DNA of 64,000 nucleotides. It comes from Parcubacteria group bacterium (GTDB lineage Bacteria > Patescibacteriota > Minisyncoccia > Moranbacterales > UBA2206). The notes below the pieces were generated by a model, which ran no database searches, was not told where the DNA came from, and was given only the letters and a program-made list of their open reading frames with translations. The stretch spans positions 7,480 to 71,479 of the forward strand of contig JBAZUU010000004.1 in assembly GCA_041661275.1 (NCBI GenBank), written 5' to 3'. Within the stretch, counting starts at the first letter, position 1. Each line of letters begins with the position of its first letter. Shown here piece after piece: positions 19,058 to 29,008 of the stretch. The translations under genes and the position numbers were made by a program.

Positions 19058-19915
19058 ATGGACCTAATTAATTCCTGGCAAGCCTGTTTAATACTTCTTT
19101 TGATCTTCGGAGTAATTTATATCCAGTTTTTTAAATATGCCGTTTCTGGCGCGAAAAAAGACGGGGCATCAACAGTGATTCTTGAAATAATGAGCGGGTT
19201 AGTTCTATTGATATTCATTCCATTTTTTCCATTAAAACTTCCCGCGGATATAAAACCATACCTACTTTTATTTTTAGCCTCCTGTTTTTATGCGTTAAAT
19301 GACAGACTCCAAACATCTGTAAGGAGAAATCTGGATGTATCTATTTTTTCTATTATGGGTCAGCTTTTTAGGGTGTTTTTAGTTCTCTACGGAATATTTC
19401 TTTTTGGTGAAAAAATAGCACTCAATCAAATAATCGGAGCGGCTATGATTTTTTTAGGAACAGCTCTGTTGTTCTATAAAAAAAAGCGATTTCAGCTTAA
19501 TAAATATGTATTATTTAGCGTCATTGCCTCGGCTTGTTTGGCAACAGCCCTTATTATAGATGTCGATATATCACGCGGATTTAACCTGCCCTTTTATATC
19601 ATAATTACCCTTTTTGTTCCAGCCATTATAATTTCAATTACTGGAAATATTTCCATTAGAGATTTGAAATTCGAATTTAATACCGATAGGCGCAAATACT
19701 ATATAATTGTTGGCGCAGCCTGGGCTCTTTCGATGTTATTTACCATCCGATCATTGCAACTCGGAAAAGTATCCCTGGTAGCCCCGCTTCAAACTTTGTC
19801 AGTTTTATTGAATGTGATTTTGGCATATTTTCTTTTGAAAGAAAGGGAAAATCTGTTAAAAAAGATTATTTTAGTTTGCATTATAACAGCAGGAGTATTT
19901 ATAATATTAAAATAA
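19058..19915 (+). CDS. EamA/DMT-family transporter
   Basis: About 10 TM segments, two EamA halves (LFGEK, LLKER). Confidence 0.8.
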   Translation: MDLINSWQACLILLLIFGVIYIQFFKYAVSGAKKDGASTVILEIMSGLVLLIFIPFFPLKLPADIKPYLLLFLASCFYALNDRLQTSVRRNLDVSIFSIMGQLFRVFLVLYGIFLFGEKIALNQIIGAAMIFLGTALLFYKKKRFQLNKYVLFSVIASACLATALIIDVDISRGFNLPFYIIITLFVPAIIISITGNISIRDLKFEFNTDRRKYYIIVGAAWALSMLFTIRSLQLGKVSLVAPLQTLSVLLNVILAYFLLKERENLLKKIILVCIITAGVFIILK

Positions 19916-19919
19916 ATCT

Positions 19920-20333
19920 ATGAAATTATGTAGCGCGTGTCTTTTGGGAGTAAATTGCCGTTATGATGGAAAAAATAAGGCGAATGAGAAAGTTTTGGAA
20001 TTATCAAAAAAAGAAAAGTTGATTCCTGTTTGTCCGGAACAATTGGGCGGTCTTCCCACGCCAAGAACTAAATCAGAAATTTTAGATGGGAAAGTTATTA
20101 CTGAAAAAGGAGAAGACGTGACGGAGAAATTCCAAAAAGGAGCGGAGGAAACTCTCAAAATTGCCAAAGAAAATAATATTACCGAAGCGATTTTGAAACA
20201 AGAAAGCCCATCTTGTGGCTGCGGAAAAATTCATGACGGAACATTTTCAGGGAAAGTTATTGAAGATTGGGGGATTACAGTGGATTCATTAAGGAAGAAC
20301 GGAATAAAAGTTATTTCGGAGGAGGAAATATAA
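19920..20333 (+). CDS. DUF523 family (2-thiouracil desulfurase-like)
   Basis: SACLLG.NCRYDG, PVCPEQLGGL.TPR, SPSCG. Confidence 0.9.
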   Translation: MKLCSACLLGVNCRYDGKNKANEKVLELSKKEKLIPVCPEQLGGLPTPRTKSEILDGKVITEKGEDVTEKFQKGAEETLKIAKENNITEAILKQESPSCGCGKIHDGTFSGKVIEDWGITVDSLRKNGIKVISEEEI

Positions 20334-20347
20334 AGAGGATAAAAAAT

Positions 20348-20836
20348 ATGATTCTAGCGCATACAATTGTCGGTGTGGCGGCGGGGAATTATTTTGGACA
20401 TTTTTGGTATGTTCTTATTGGTTCCATATTCCCGGATATTGACCATATTTTCGTGCTCTTGAAAAACAAAATATTTTCGCCGAAAAGGATCATTGACACA
20501 CTACGTTTTGAGAAAAAATATAATTTAAGCTTCAAGACAAAATATGTTCATTCTGTTTTTGGAGCGATTGTTTTCAGTTTACCGATAGCAGTTTTTGACG
20601 TAGAGGGAGCAGGATATTTCTTTTTGAGTTATCTCGGACATCTAGCCATGGATTATCCAGACTATGACGAAAAACAATATCTATATCCTTTAAAGATTAA
20701 ATTCCAAGGATTCTGGCCGATTTTCTCTAGGCAGGAGATCCTCCTTACGTTATGTCTTGTCGTTTTTCTTTTTATTAATTTAAATAATTATTTACGTAAT
20801 CCCGCCAGCCGTGATGAGCTGGTTTTTTGTACTTGA
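20348..20836 (+). CDS. Membrane metal-dependent hydrolase (YdjM-like)
   Basis: AHT, FPDIDH, VHS, GHLAMD; start moved to ATG 20348. Confidence 0.7.
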   Translation: MILAHTIVGVAAGNYFGHFWYVLIGSIFPDIDHIFVLLKNKIFSPKRIIDTLRFEKKYNLSFKTKYVHSVFGAIVFSLPIAVFDVEGAGYFFLSYLGHLAMDYPDYDEKQYLYPLKIKFQGFWPIFSRQEILLTLCLVVFLFINLNNYLRNPASRDELVFCT

Positions 20837-20867
20837 GGTTGATGTATAAGCCAAATTGTAGTATATT

Positions 20868-21266
20868 ATGATTATGGGAAAATATGAGGCGAAAATTCCT
20901 GAAATAAAGGAAAGAATAGTCAAAGAAATCGATCCGGAGAAGATTATTCTTTTCGGTTCTTACGCTTGGGGAAATCCAACCGAAGATAGCGATGTCGATT
21001 TATTTGTCGTGAAAAAAAGCTCTGAAAAGAGACTTGAACGGCAGAGGAAATTGAGAAAAATTCTTTTTGATAGTATTAGTGGTAATTTCCCCGCAATGGA
21101 TATTCTCGTGTATACTCCAGAAGAGACTGAAAAAAGTGTCAACGAGCATAAAAATCTTTTTATAGAAGATATCTTGCGTCATGGAAAAACTATTTATACC
21201 AAGCCAAAAAGTGCGTTCAATGTAAAGCTTCCTGCAAGGCCGTTAACTATTCTACATGAATCATAA
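20868..21266 (+). CDS. Minimal nucleotidyltransferase (MNT antitoxin)
   Basis: LFGSYAWG..SDVDL. Confidence 0.9.
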   Translation: MIMGKYEAKIPEIKERIVKEIDPEKIILFGSYAWGNPTEDSDVDLFVVKKSSEKRLERQRKLRKILFDSISGNFPAMDILVYTPEETEKSVNEHKNLFIEDILRHGKTIYTKPKSAFNVKLPARPLTILHES

Positions 21267-21268
21267 TT

Positions 21269-21658
21269 ATGATAACAGAATACGTTAAAAATTGGTTCAA
21301 GCGTGCAGATGAGGATTTAGAGCTTATAGAAATATTATTAAAAGAGGAGTCTTTTTCTCCTAATCCTGTTTGTTTTCACGCTGAACAAGCGGCGGAGAAA
21401 TACCTAAAAGGGTTTTTGGCTTATCGTGATTTGCACGTAAGAAAAATTCATGATTTGGAGATTCTCATTGAAGACTGCGAAAAAATTGATCAGACTTTTA
21501 AAATATTGCAAGATAGCGCGAAATCATTAAATCAATTTTATATTGAGTCGCGTTACCCTGATGATTACATAGAATTTTCAATTCAGGATGCTGAAGAGGC
21601 CTACGAAGCGGCGAAGAAAATTAAGGACTTTGTGCTATCAAAAATAAAAAATTTTTGA
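21269..21658 (+). CDS. HEPN-domain protein (partner of MNT)
   Basis: CFHAEQAAEKYLK, KIHDL, SRYP. Confidence 0.9.
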   Translation: MITEYVKNWFKRADEDLELIEILLKEESFSPNPVCFHAEQAAEKYLKGFLAYRDLHVRKIHDLEILIEDCEKIDQTFKILQDSAKSLNQFYIESRYPDDYIEFSIQDAEEAYEAAKKIKDFVLSKIKNF

Positions 21659-21807
21659 TTATTGCTACCAGAATTTGACTTTTCCGCCGAATGGGTGTAT
21701 AATAGATGTATAGTAAAAGAACGGGTGTCAGCCCGTCTTTTTTATTTAATTAATAAAAAACCTCATATCTTAGCGAAAATCGCTGATTTATAGGGGGAAA
21801 AACAAAA

Positions 21808-22023
21808 ATGACTGACGAAACACAAGTCCCTATCGCTCCTACTCCAGCGGAACCGGAAGTCCCTTCTACTGAAGGAGGAGACGGGACTCCGGCTGAGGAC
21901 TGCCCTCACTGTGGCAAGCGAGCAGAAGAGGAAGCGGAGTCTAACGAGCTAAACATGGCGATTCTTATCGCTTTAGTACCGGCTCTGACCATCACTCTTT
22001 TTTCCAACTTAGGATTGTTCTAA
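21808..22023 (+). CDS. Small membrane protein with acidic Pro-rich N-terminus and CxxC
   Basis: Promoter TTGACT-17-TATAAT at 21675-21703, C-terminal TM, terminator downstream. Confidence 0.6.
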   Translation: MTDETQVPIAPTPAEPEVPSTEGGDGTPAEDCPHCGKRAEEEAESNELNMAILIALVPALTITLFSNLGLF

Positions 22024-22103
22024 GAGAAAAAATAAATCTTCAAGTCAAAAAGGCGGATTAATTTCGGCCTTTTTGATTTTCCTCAAAAGACAAAAATCAT
22101 TAT

Positions 22104-22178
22104 CTTCCTCTCCCTTTGGGAGAGGATGTCTGTCAAAGTTTTTACGAAGTAAAAATTTAGGCGGACAGGAGAGGGAGG
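22104..22178 (+). repeat. CCTCTCCC/GGGAGAG palindromic element
   Basis: Same flanks as the reverse complement of 57652-57703. Confidence 0.65.
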
Positions 22179-22217
22179 GACTTTTGATTTTTTATCAGAC
22201 TATGTTAAAATACTCGT

Positions 22218-24572
22218 ATGGGACGGAAGAAAAAAAATAAAGACGCTGAAAACGGATCCTCCTTGGACAAGCCGCAGGAGGGAAAAAGCAAAATAAAACT
22301 CAATATCGCGGGGGAGGCTAAGAGGAGCGCAGTGGCGGTCTTTTTGTTTGCGTTAGCTTTAGTCATGATCTTGGGATTTTTAGGCTCTTCCGGGGTAGTG
22401 GGAGAAAAATTAAGCAGGTACAGCGGGTTCGCACTCGGCTGGGCCAAGTTTATATTCCCTCTTTTTCTTGTAATCGCTGGAATTGTGCTTCTTTTCAGAA
22501 AGGAGAAATCTTTTTATGTAACTAAACTCCTGGGACTGGCGCTTACTCTTTTGGCGCTGGTCAGTTTTTTCCATTGGCTCTATGATACGTCAAAAATGTC
22601 CGAAGCGGCTGCGGCCGGTCTTGGCGGCGGATATTTGGGATATGCCATGGCCTATATCCTCACTAAGTATTTAGGAACATATGGCAGTCTGGTCATTATT
22701 GTAATGCTGTTTTTTATCGGAATTATCGTCGCTTTCAATTTTTCGATAATTTCGCCCCTGGAAAAATTACGCAAAAAAGAGGAAGGAGAAGAAAAGCCGG
22801 AGGAAACTACTTTGCCGCAAGAACCGGTTGTAGCTCCAGTGGAAATTTCTGAAGAAGCAAAAAAAGAGAATGAAGAAAAAGCGGATTTGGAAAAGAGCAA
22901 TATTTCTAAAATTGAATTTGTGGAAGGTCCGGATCAATTTGTTTCATCAGCGCTTTCGGCCGGATCGGGCGATGAATCAAAAGGAAATATAGGATTCGGG
23001 CGAAAAACTGTCGGAGTATCAGGAAAAAGAAGTATGAAAAACAAATGGCTTTTCCCACCCCTCGATCTTTTGGAAGAAAGCACTGGAGTGGCCAAAGGAG
23101 GAGATGTGGAAAAAAATGCGGAAATAATCCAAAAAACTCTCCATAATTTCGGGATAGAAGTGGAAAAAGGCGAGATAAAAACAGGACCGGCTGTGACGCA
23201 ATATAGTTTTCGGCCGGCCATTGGGGTAAAAATTTCCAAGATTCTGGCGCTACAAAATGATTTGTCTTTGGCTCTCGCCGCCCATCCCATTAGAATTGAA
23301 GCTCCGATTCCAGGAAAATCTTTGGTCGGAGTAGAAGTGCCAAACAAAGTAGCGGCTATTGTTCGATTGAAAGAAATTCTGGAAACCCAGGAATTTAAAT
23401 TCAGAAAATCAAGCCTGACTCTGGCTCTCGGAAAAGACGTCAGTGGCTCTCTGACATTTGGAGATCTTTCCAAAATGCCCCATCTACTCATTGCCGGAGC
23501 GACTGGAACAGGAAAATCAGTTTGCATCAATTCCATTATCACTACGCTTCTTTATGAGAACTCACCGGAAGATCTGAAATTTATTATGGTTGATCCAAAG
23601 CGCGTGGAGCTTTCACTATATAATGGTATACCACACCTTCTTTCCGGTGTAATCGTAGAAAATGGGAAAGTAATAAACGCGCTCAAATGGGCGGTGGGAG
23701 AAATGGAAAGAAGATATCGCCTGTTGCAAGATGCCGGATCGCGCGATATTGCTTCATATCAGGAAAAATCTCGTGCGGGAAAAAAGAAAAGGATAACTGA
23801 TCCGGAATCGGGAGAGATTCACGAAGAAGAATTGGAAAATTTGCCATATATTGTTATTGTGATTGATGAACTGGCCGATCTTATGGGCAGCCACGGCAAA
23901 GAAGTGGAAGGAGCGGTAGTGCGTCTGGCGCAAATGGCCAGAGCTGTCGGCATCCATCTCATCATTTCTACCCAACGTCCGTCTGTCGAAGTTATCACCG
24001 GGCTCATCAAGGCTAATATTACGACTCGCATCGCTTTTCAGGTGGCCACTCAAATTGATTCCAGAACTATTCTTGATATGGGTGGCGCGGAAAAACTTTT
24101 AGGAAATGGTGATCTCTTGTATCTCTCTGCCACTTCGCCCAAACCGAAAAGAATCCAGGGAATATTCGCCAGTGAATCAGAGGTGAAGCGAGTGGTGAAA
24201 TTCGTGAAAGGCCAAAGGAAGGAAGAAACGCCGGATGAGGAAGAAATGTCTCCGGCTATGTTTGAGAAAAAATCCAACATATTGGAATTTAACGACACGG
24301 CTGATGGCGGATCAGAAGACGAACTTCTGGAGGCGGCCAAGGCAGAAGTAATCCGGGCTAAAAAAGCTTCTGCTTCACTTTTGCAAAGAAGACTGCGTGT
24401 CGGATATGCGAGAGCGGCAAGACTTCTGGATATATTGGAAGAAAAAGGGATAGTTGGTCCGTCTGACGGAGCGAAGCCGAGGGAAGTCTATGCAGCAGAC
24501 ACTCAAAATGCAGAAGTAAATTATGAAAATCCGACAGAGGACCAAGGGACGAGAGATAAATGGAATCTATAG
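22218..24572 (+). CDS. ftsK: DNA translocase FtsK/SpoIIIE
   Basis: N-terminal TMs, GATGTGKS, IDELADL, gamma domain SLLQRRLRVGYARAAR. Confidence 0.97.
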   Translation: MGRKKKNKDAENGSSLDKPQEGKSKIKLNIAGEAKRSAVAVFLFALALVMILGFLGSSGVVGEKLSRYSGFALGWAKFIFPLFLVIAGIVLLFRKEKSFYVTKLLGLALTLLALVSFFHWLYDTSKMSEAAAAGLGGGYLGYAMAYILTKYLGTYGSLVIIVMLFFIGIIVAFNFSIISPLEKLRKKEEGEEKPEETTLPQEPVVAPVEISEEAKKENEEKADLEKSNISKIEFVEGPDQFVSSALSAGSGDESKGNIGFGRKTVGVSGKRSMKNKWLFPPLDLLEESTGVAKGGDVEKNAEIIQKTLHNFGIEVEKGEIKTGPAVTQYSFRPAIGVKISKILALQNDLSLALAAHPIRIEAPIPGKSLVGVEVPNKVAAIVRLKEILETQEFKFRKSSLTLALGKDVSGSLTFGDLSKMPHLLIAGATGTGKSVCINSIITTLLYENSPEDLKFIMVDPKRVELSLYNGIPHLLSGVIVENGKVINALKWAVGEMERRYRLLQDAGSRDIASYQEKSRAGKKKRITDPESGEIHEEELENLPYIVIVIDELADLMGSHGKEVEGAVVRLAQMARAVGIHLIISTQRPSVEVITGLIKANITTRIAFQVATQIDSRTILDMGGAEKLLGNGDLLYLSATSPKPKRIQGIFASESEVKRVVKFVKGQRKEETPDEEEMSPAMFEKKSNILEFNDTADGGSEDELLEAAKAEVIRAKKASASLLQRRLRVGYARAARLLDILEEKGIVGPSDGAKPREVYAADTQNAEVNYENPTEDQGTRDKWNL

Positions 24573-24575
24573 ATT

Positions 24576-25586
24576 ATGATAAACAGCGGTTTCACTAAAA
24601 AGAGAGTTGGCACAATGACATTGGGTGAAAAACTCAAGAAACTTCGCGCTGACAAACGAATTTCTCTTGGTGAAATTTCCCGAGTGACCAGAATCCAGAT
24701 AATATATCTTGAGAGCCTGGAAGAAGGCGACTATAATAGTCTTCCGGCTGATGTATATGTCAAAGGATTTTTGCGCTCTTACGCTGATTTTATGGGCGTA
24801 GAAGAAAAAGCGTTGGTCAAACTTTACGAGAAAGAGAGAGGGATAAAAAATCATCTGGAAAGAAGCAAAAACCCTCAAAAAGAAAAGAAAAAAGAGCCCA
24901 TTAGCATTTCTTCTTTTGTTTTTACTCCTAAAAAAATAGTCCTGGTCAGTTCAGTGCTCCTTGTTTTTCTCGGAGTTTTTTATCTTTATCGGGAAATAGG
25001 TTCTTTTGCTGACAGTCCAAGACTTCTCATTTTGAGTCCGCAAGCTAATGCGGCAGTGGACGGAAATTCAGTGACGGTGGAAGGAGTGACTGATAAGGAC
25101 GCCAAACTATTTGTCAACGATCAGCCAATCCTGGTTAACGACGATGGAAAATTTCGCGAAACGATAACGATGCAGCCGGGAGTTAGCACGATAAATGTTA
25201 AATCGGTCAATAAATTCGACAAGGAATCGGTAGCCAGCGTGACAGTGAAATCGGGATCAGGGGAAGAAGTGGCTGGGGAGATGGACGTAAATGGTAATGG
25301 AGAAAACAATACAGACGGCTCCAAAAATAATGATGAAATTAATATGGAACTTCGAGTCGATCCCGGTCCGGTCTGGCTTTCAGTGGAAGCTGACGGCAGT
25401 CTGGTTTTTTCCGGAACGATGCTCACCGGCGCTACCCAAACTTTCAAAGGCAATGATAAGATTGTCATCAATTCCGGCAAAGGAAATGCAACATTCTTGA
25501 AGTTCAATGGAAAAGACATCGGGCCGCTTTCACAAGATCCGGGAGCAGTGAGGGGGGCGACGTTTAATAAGGACACTAAATATTAG
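24576..25586 (+). CDS. RodZ-like protein (HTH, TM, Ig-like, DUF4115)
   Basis: YLESLEEG..LPADVYVKGFLRSYA; VWLSVEADG. Confidence 0.8.
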   Translation: MINSGFTKKRVGTMTLGEKLKKLRADKRISLGEISRVTRIQIIYLESLEEGDYNSLPADVYVKGFLRSYADFMGVEEKALVKLYEKERGIKNHLERSKNPQKEKKKEPISISSFVFTPKKIVLVSSVLLVFLGVFYLYREIGSFADSPRLLILSPQANAAVDGNSVTVEGVTDKDAKLFVNDQPILVNDDGKFRETITMQPGVSTINVKSVNKFDKESVASVTVKSGSGEEVAGEMDVNGNGENNTDGSKNNDEINMELRVDPGPVWLSVEADGSLVFSGTMLTGATQTFKGNDKIVINSGKGNATFLKFNGKDIGPLSQDPGAVRGATFNKDTKY

Positions 25587-25708
25587 AAAGCGGTTGAATA
25601 GAAAATGGAAATTGGTTCAAGAGAATGGAAATTAGAAAACAGTAAATCCAACTTCTATTTTCTATTTTTCCAGAACTTATTTCTATTTTCCAATCAACTA
25701 ATTTCTAG
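25584..25708. repeat. TAGAAA/TTTCTA heptamer-based palindromic element
   Basis: Inverted homolog at 45803-45923. Confidence 0.7.
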
Positions 25709-25786
25709 TGGGGGAGTTGCCAAGTTTTTACATTAGTGATACAATATCACTGTAATACTAAACTAACCCTGCGGGGTAAAAATAAT

Positions 25787-26782
25787 ATGACGGAAAAAAA
25801 TGAGAAAGAATTGCAAAATGTTGTCGATGGAATAAAGGAGAAATTCGGCGACGGAGTAATCATGAAATTAGGGGACGTGAAAAAAGTAGACGTGGAATCT
25901 ATTCCGACCGGTTCTATCTCTCTTGACATCGCGCTCGGTATCGGCGGCATTCCTCGCGGGAGAGTAGTGGAAATTTATGGGCCAGAATCTTCCGGAAAAA
26001 CTACTTTAACTTTGCATATTATCGCTAACACTCAAAAAGCGGGCGGAGTGGCGGCGTTCATTGACGCGGAACACGCCCTTGATCCGGAATATGCCAAGAA
26101 AATTGGCGTCAATGTCAATGATCTTCTCATTTCCCAGCCGGACAATGGTGAGCAGGCACTGGATATCGTGGAAACCTTGGTTAGTTCGGGACAAGTTAAT
26201 ATAATCGTAGTGGACTCGGTGGCGGCGCTCGTTCCCAAAGCAGAAATCGAAGGTGATATGGGCGACCAGCATATGGGACGGCAAGCTCGGTTGATGTCGC
26301 AGGCTCTTCGCAAACTAACTTCTATCATTTCCAAATCTAATTGCACAGTTATTTTCATCAATCAAATTAGAATGAAAATTGGCATTGTTTTTGGCAATCC
26401 GGAAACGACCACTGGTGGAAACGCTTTGAAATTCTATTGTTCGGTGCGTATTGAAGTGAGGCGATCAGCGCAGATAAAAAAGGGTGAGGAGATCGTGGGC
26501 AATAGGACAAAAGTAAAAATTGTCAAAAACAAAGTAGCGCCACCATTTCGCACGACCGAATTTGACATTATGTATAACGAAGGCATTTCAGCCTCTGGTG
26601 ATGTCCTGGATACGGGCGCGAAATATGAAGTGATCGAGAAAAAAGGTAACTCATTCTCTTTTGGTGAAGTGAAACTGGGCGTAGGCCGCGAAGCCGCCAA
26701 ACAATTTTTGAAAGAAAACCCGAAGGTGATGAAAGAAATTACCAAAGAGGTTTACAAGAAATTGAAAGAGATTGAGGGATAG
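25787..26782 (+). CDS. recA: Recombinase A
   Basis: [28 protein letters not shown]; start moved to ATG 25787. Confidence 0.98.
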   Translation: MTEKNEKELQNVVDGIKEKFGDGVIMKLGDVKKVDVESIPTGSISLDIALGIGGIPRGRVVEIYGPESSGKTTLTLHIIANTQKAGGVAAFIDAEHALDPEYAKKIGVNVNDLLISQPDNGEQALDIVETLVSSGQVNIIVVDSVAALVPKAEIEGDMGDQHMGRQARLMSQALRKLTSIISKSNCTVIFINQIRMKIGIVFGNPETTTGGNALKFYCSVRIEVRRSAQIKKGEEIVGNRTKVKIVKNKVAPPFRTTEFDIMYNEGISASGDVLDTGAKYEVIEKKGNSFSFGEVKLGVGREAAKQFLKENPKVMKEITKEVYKKLKEIEG

Positions 26783-26853
26783 GAATAGTTTTTGTTTTAA
26801 AACCCGCCGGATTGGCGGGTTTTACCGAATAAGGATACTATCGAGGACTTTAC

Positions 26854-26894
26854 TTGACATAATAAAAATAATTGTATATAATGGTAATATACAA
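26854..26894 (+). promoter_or_regulatory. brnTA promoter with overlapping inverted-repeat operator
   Basis: TTGACA-17-TATAAT overlapped by TTGTATAT...ATATACAA. Confidence 0.65.
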
Positions 26895-26896
26895 AA

Positions 26897-27202
26897 ATGA
26901 AAATAAATCTTGCCCAGATTTCTGGTTTCGATTGGGATAAGGGCAATTTGAGAAAAAACAAAGATAAGCACGACGTGGATAACTTTGAATGTGAAGAAGT
27001 TTTTTTCAATAAACCCCTTTTTTTCGGTTTAGATAAAGCCCATTCACTTATGGAAGAAAGACGGTTTGTCTTGGGTATTACAGATGCAGGAAGAAAGTTA
27101 AGTCTTACTTTTACAGTAAGAAAAAGTTTAATAAGAATTATTTCTGCTCGGGATATGAGCAAAAAAGAACGCGAAAAATATGAAAGAAATCAAAAAATTT
27201 AG
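26897..27202 (+). CDS. BrnT-family toxin
   Basis: FDWDKGN..KH, EERRFVLG, IRIISAR..KKER. Confidence 0.9.
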   Translation: MKINLAQISGFDWDKGNLRKNKDKHDVDNFECEEVFFNKPLFFGLDKAHSLMEERRFVLGITDAGRKLSLTFTVRKSLIRIISARDMSKKEREKYERNQKI

Positions 27203-27455
27203 GCCGATTCCTAAATTCAAAAGTGAAAAGGAAGAGAGAAGATTTTGGGAAACGCATGATACGGTTGATTATATTGACTGGGATAAAGCCCAAGGGGGTG
27301 TTTTGTTTCCCAATCTGCGTCGTTCGACGCGGACGATCTCTTTGCGTTTAACGGAAAGCATGTATCAGGCTCTCAAAACAGAGGCAAATAAACAAGATGT
27401 GCCTTACCAGTCGTGTCTAAAAATGATTTTAGCCGAAAAACTAAAAAAATGCTAA
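27180..27455 (+). CDS. BrnA/CopG-family antitoxin
   Basis: IPKFKSE.EE..FW.THD, TISLRL, PYQS. Confidence 0.9.
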   Translation: MKEIKKFRPIPKFKSEKEERRFWETHDTVDYIDWDKAQGGVLFPNLRRSTRTISLRLTESMYQALKTEANKQDVPYQSCLKMILAEKLKKC

Positions 27456-27571
27456 AAAACCCGCCAAAATTCCGGCGGGTTTTTTCTCGCCCTTTTTTCT
27501 TGCCTAAACTATTTTCGTCTGGTAAGATAGAAAAAGAACAAAAACCTCTTCGTGAGGTTTATTAATTAAAA

Positions 27572-27940
27572 ATGAAAAAAATATTCTACAACAAAGTCAT
27601 TAGAGATAGAATTCCTGATGTTATCAAGGAGTGGGGTGGAGTTTTTGAAATTAAGAAACTAAAAGGAATAGAATTTGAAAAAGAATTGATCAAAAAAGTC
27701 GGAGAAGAAGCTAGCGGACTTCTGGCGGCTAAAGATAGGAAGGAATTAATTTCCGAGTTGGCAGATGTTGTTGATGTTATCGAAGAAATTAAGAAGTTGA
27801 AAAAAATATCTACTTCTGAATTGAAAAAGGCTCAAAAAGCGGGCTTTGCCAAAAAAGGCGGATTTAAGAAGAAATTATTTCTAGTATGGTCATCGGATAC
27901 CGGATACAAAAGCAACGAGCGAAGGTATAAAAAAAGCTAG
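27572..27940 (+). CDS. Nucleoside triphosphate pyrophosphohydrolase-like protein
   Basis: YNKVIRDRIP, ELADVVDV, KKGGF. Confidence 0.8.
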   Translation: MKKIFYNKVIRDRIPDVIKEWGGVFEIKKLKGIEFEKELIKKVGEEASGLLAAKDRKELISELADVVDVIEEIKKLKKISTSELKKAQKAGFAKKGGFKKKLFLVWSSDTGYKSNERRYKKS

Positions 27941-28060
27941 CCTCGACGGGCTGGTTTTTATTTGAGCAAGTTCTTGCCCAAAACATTTTTGTCTGGTAGG
28001 ATGAAATAAGTAAAAAAGCAACAATAAAATTGTTGACTAATATTAAAGAGGAGAAAAAAT

Positions 28061-28678
28061 ATGAAAAATGATCATCCTTCAAAGGAAAGAACGCTCGTCA
28101 TAATCAAGCCGGATGGCGTACAAAGAAGCCTTATCGGTGAGATCGTCAAACGCTATGAAAGGGTAGGTTTGAAACTTATTGCCATGAAAATGATGGTTGC
28201 CACTGAAGAAATGGCGACAAAACACTACTATGAAGTAGGTGGCGACGCGTGGCTCGAAGAAGTGGGCAGGAAAGCAGCAGCGGCCTATGAGAAGAAGGGA
28301 TTAAAATCTCCGTTTGCTACCTTCAAGGACAACGGCGTCGCTATTATGAAATCTAACGCCAAGTATTTGAGCTCCGGGCCGGTAGTGGCAATGATTTGGC
28401 AAGGCAATCAGGCGATTGGACTGGTGCGAAAAATTACCGGAGGGACAGAACCGCTCTCGTCTGATGTTGGAACGATCCGTGGTGATTATGCCATCGATAC
28501 CTATCAGATGGCTGACCTCGATCAAAGAAGCATCAGAAATCTGATCCATGCTTCCGGATCAATCGAGGAAGCGGAAAAGGAAATTCCTATTTGGTTTTCC
28601 GAGAAAGAAATTCTGAATTATAACCACATACAAGAAAAAATTCTGTATGACGTGAATCTTGACGGGATTTTGGAATAG
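28061..28678 (+). CDS. ndk: Nucleoside diphosphate kinase
   Basis: ERTLVIIKPDGV, GTIRGD, NLIHAS. Confidence 0.95.
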   Translation: MKNDHPSKERTLVIIKPDGVQRSLIGEIVKRYERVGLKLIAMKMMVATEEMATKHYYEVGGDAWLEEVGRKAAAAYEKKGLKSPFATFKDNGVAIMKSNAKYLSSGPVVAMIWQGNQAIGLVRKITGGTEPLSSDVGTIRGDYAIDTYQMADLDQRSIRNLIHASGSIEEAEKEIPIWFSEKEILNYNHIQEKILYDVNLDGILE

Positions 28679-28711
28679 TTTGCAGTTCCTTCAGGAGAAA
28701 GGAATTTAAAA

Positions 28712-28936
28712 ATGAGCCAGAAGGTAGTTTATGTTAATTGGAAACGCAATGAAGGTTTTACCTGCGATGAATGCGGGCTGCCGGGCGATTCTCGAGATTC
28801 GCGTATAAGATTACGCAATGGACAAATAATGCGGCTGTGCATGGCTGGTGGACATGCTCAATTCGGGCGACGTAGCCGCAGCCGGCAAGGCAACGTTTGT
28901 CGTACCAATGCGGCTGGTGAAAGGTTGAAAAAGTAA
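28712..28936 (+). CDS. Small hypothetical protein, possible Zn-binding
   Basis: SD-like AGGAG, CDEC...C...H, terminator downstream. Confidence 0.45.
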   Translation: MSQKVVYVNWKRNEGFTCDECGLPGDSRDSRIRLRNGQIMRLCMAGGHAQFGRRSRSRQGNVCRTNAAGERLKK

Positions 28937-29008
28937 ATGCTCAACATTTCAAAACAAGCGCCAAAAAAGGCCTGGATTATTCCCGGCCTTGATTTTTTTC
29001 CAAGAAAA

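Noticed and set aside
17048-22200. Integron or prophage
   Set aside because: No integrase, repeated attC sites or phage genes
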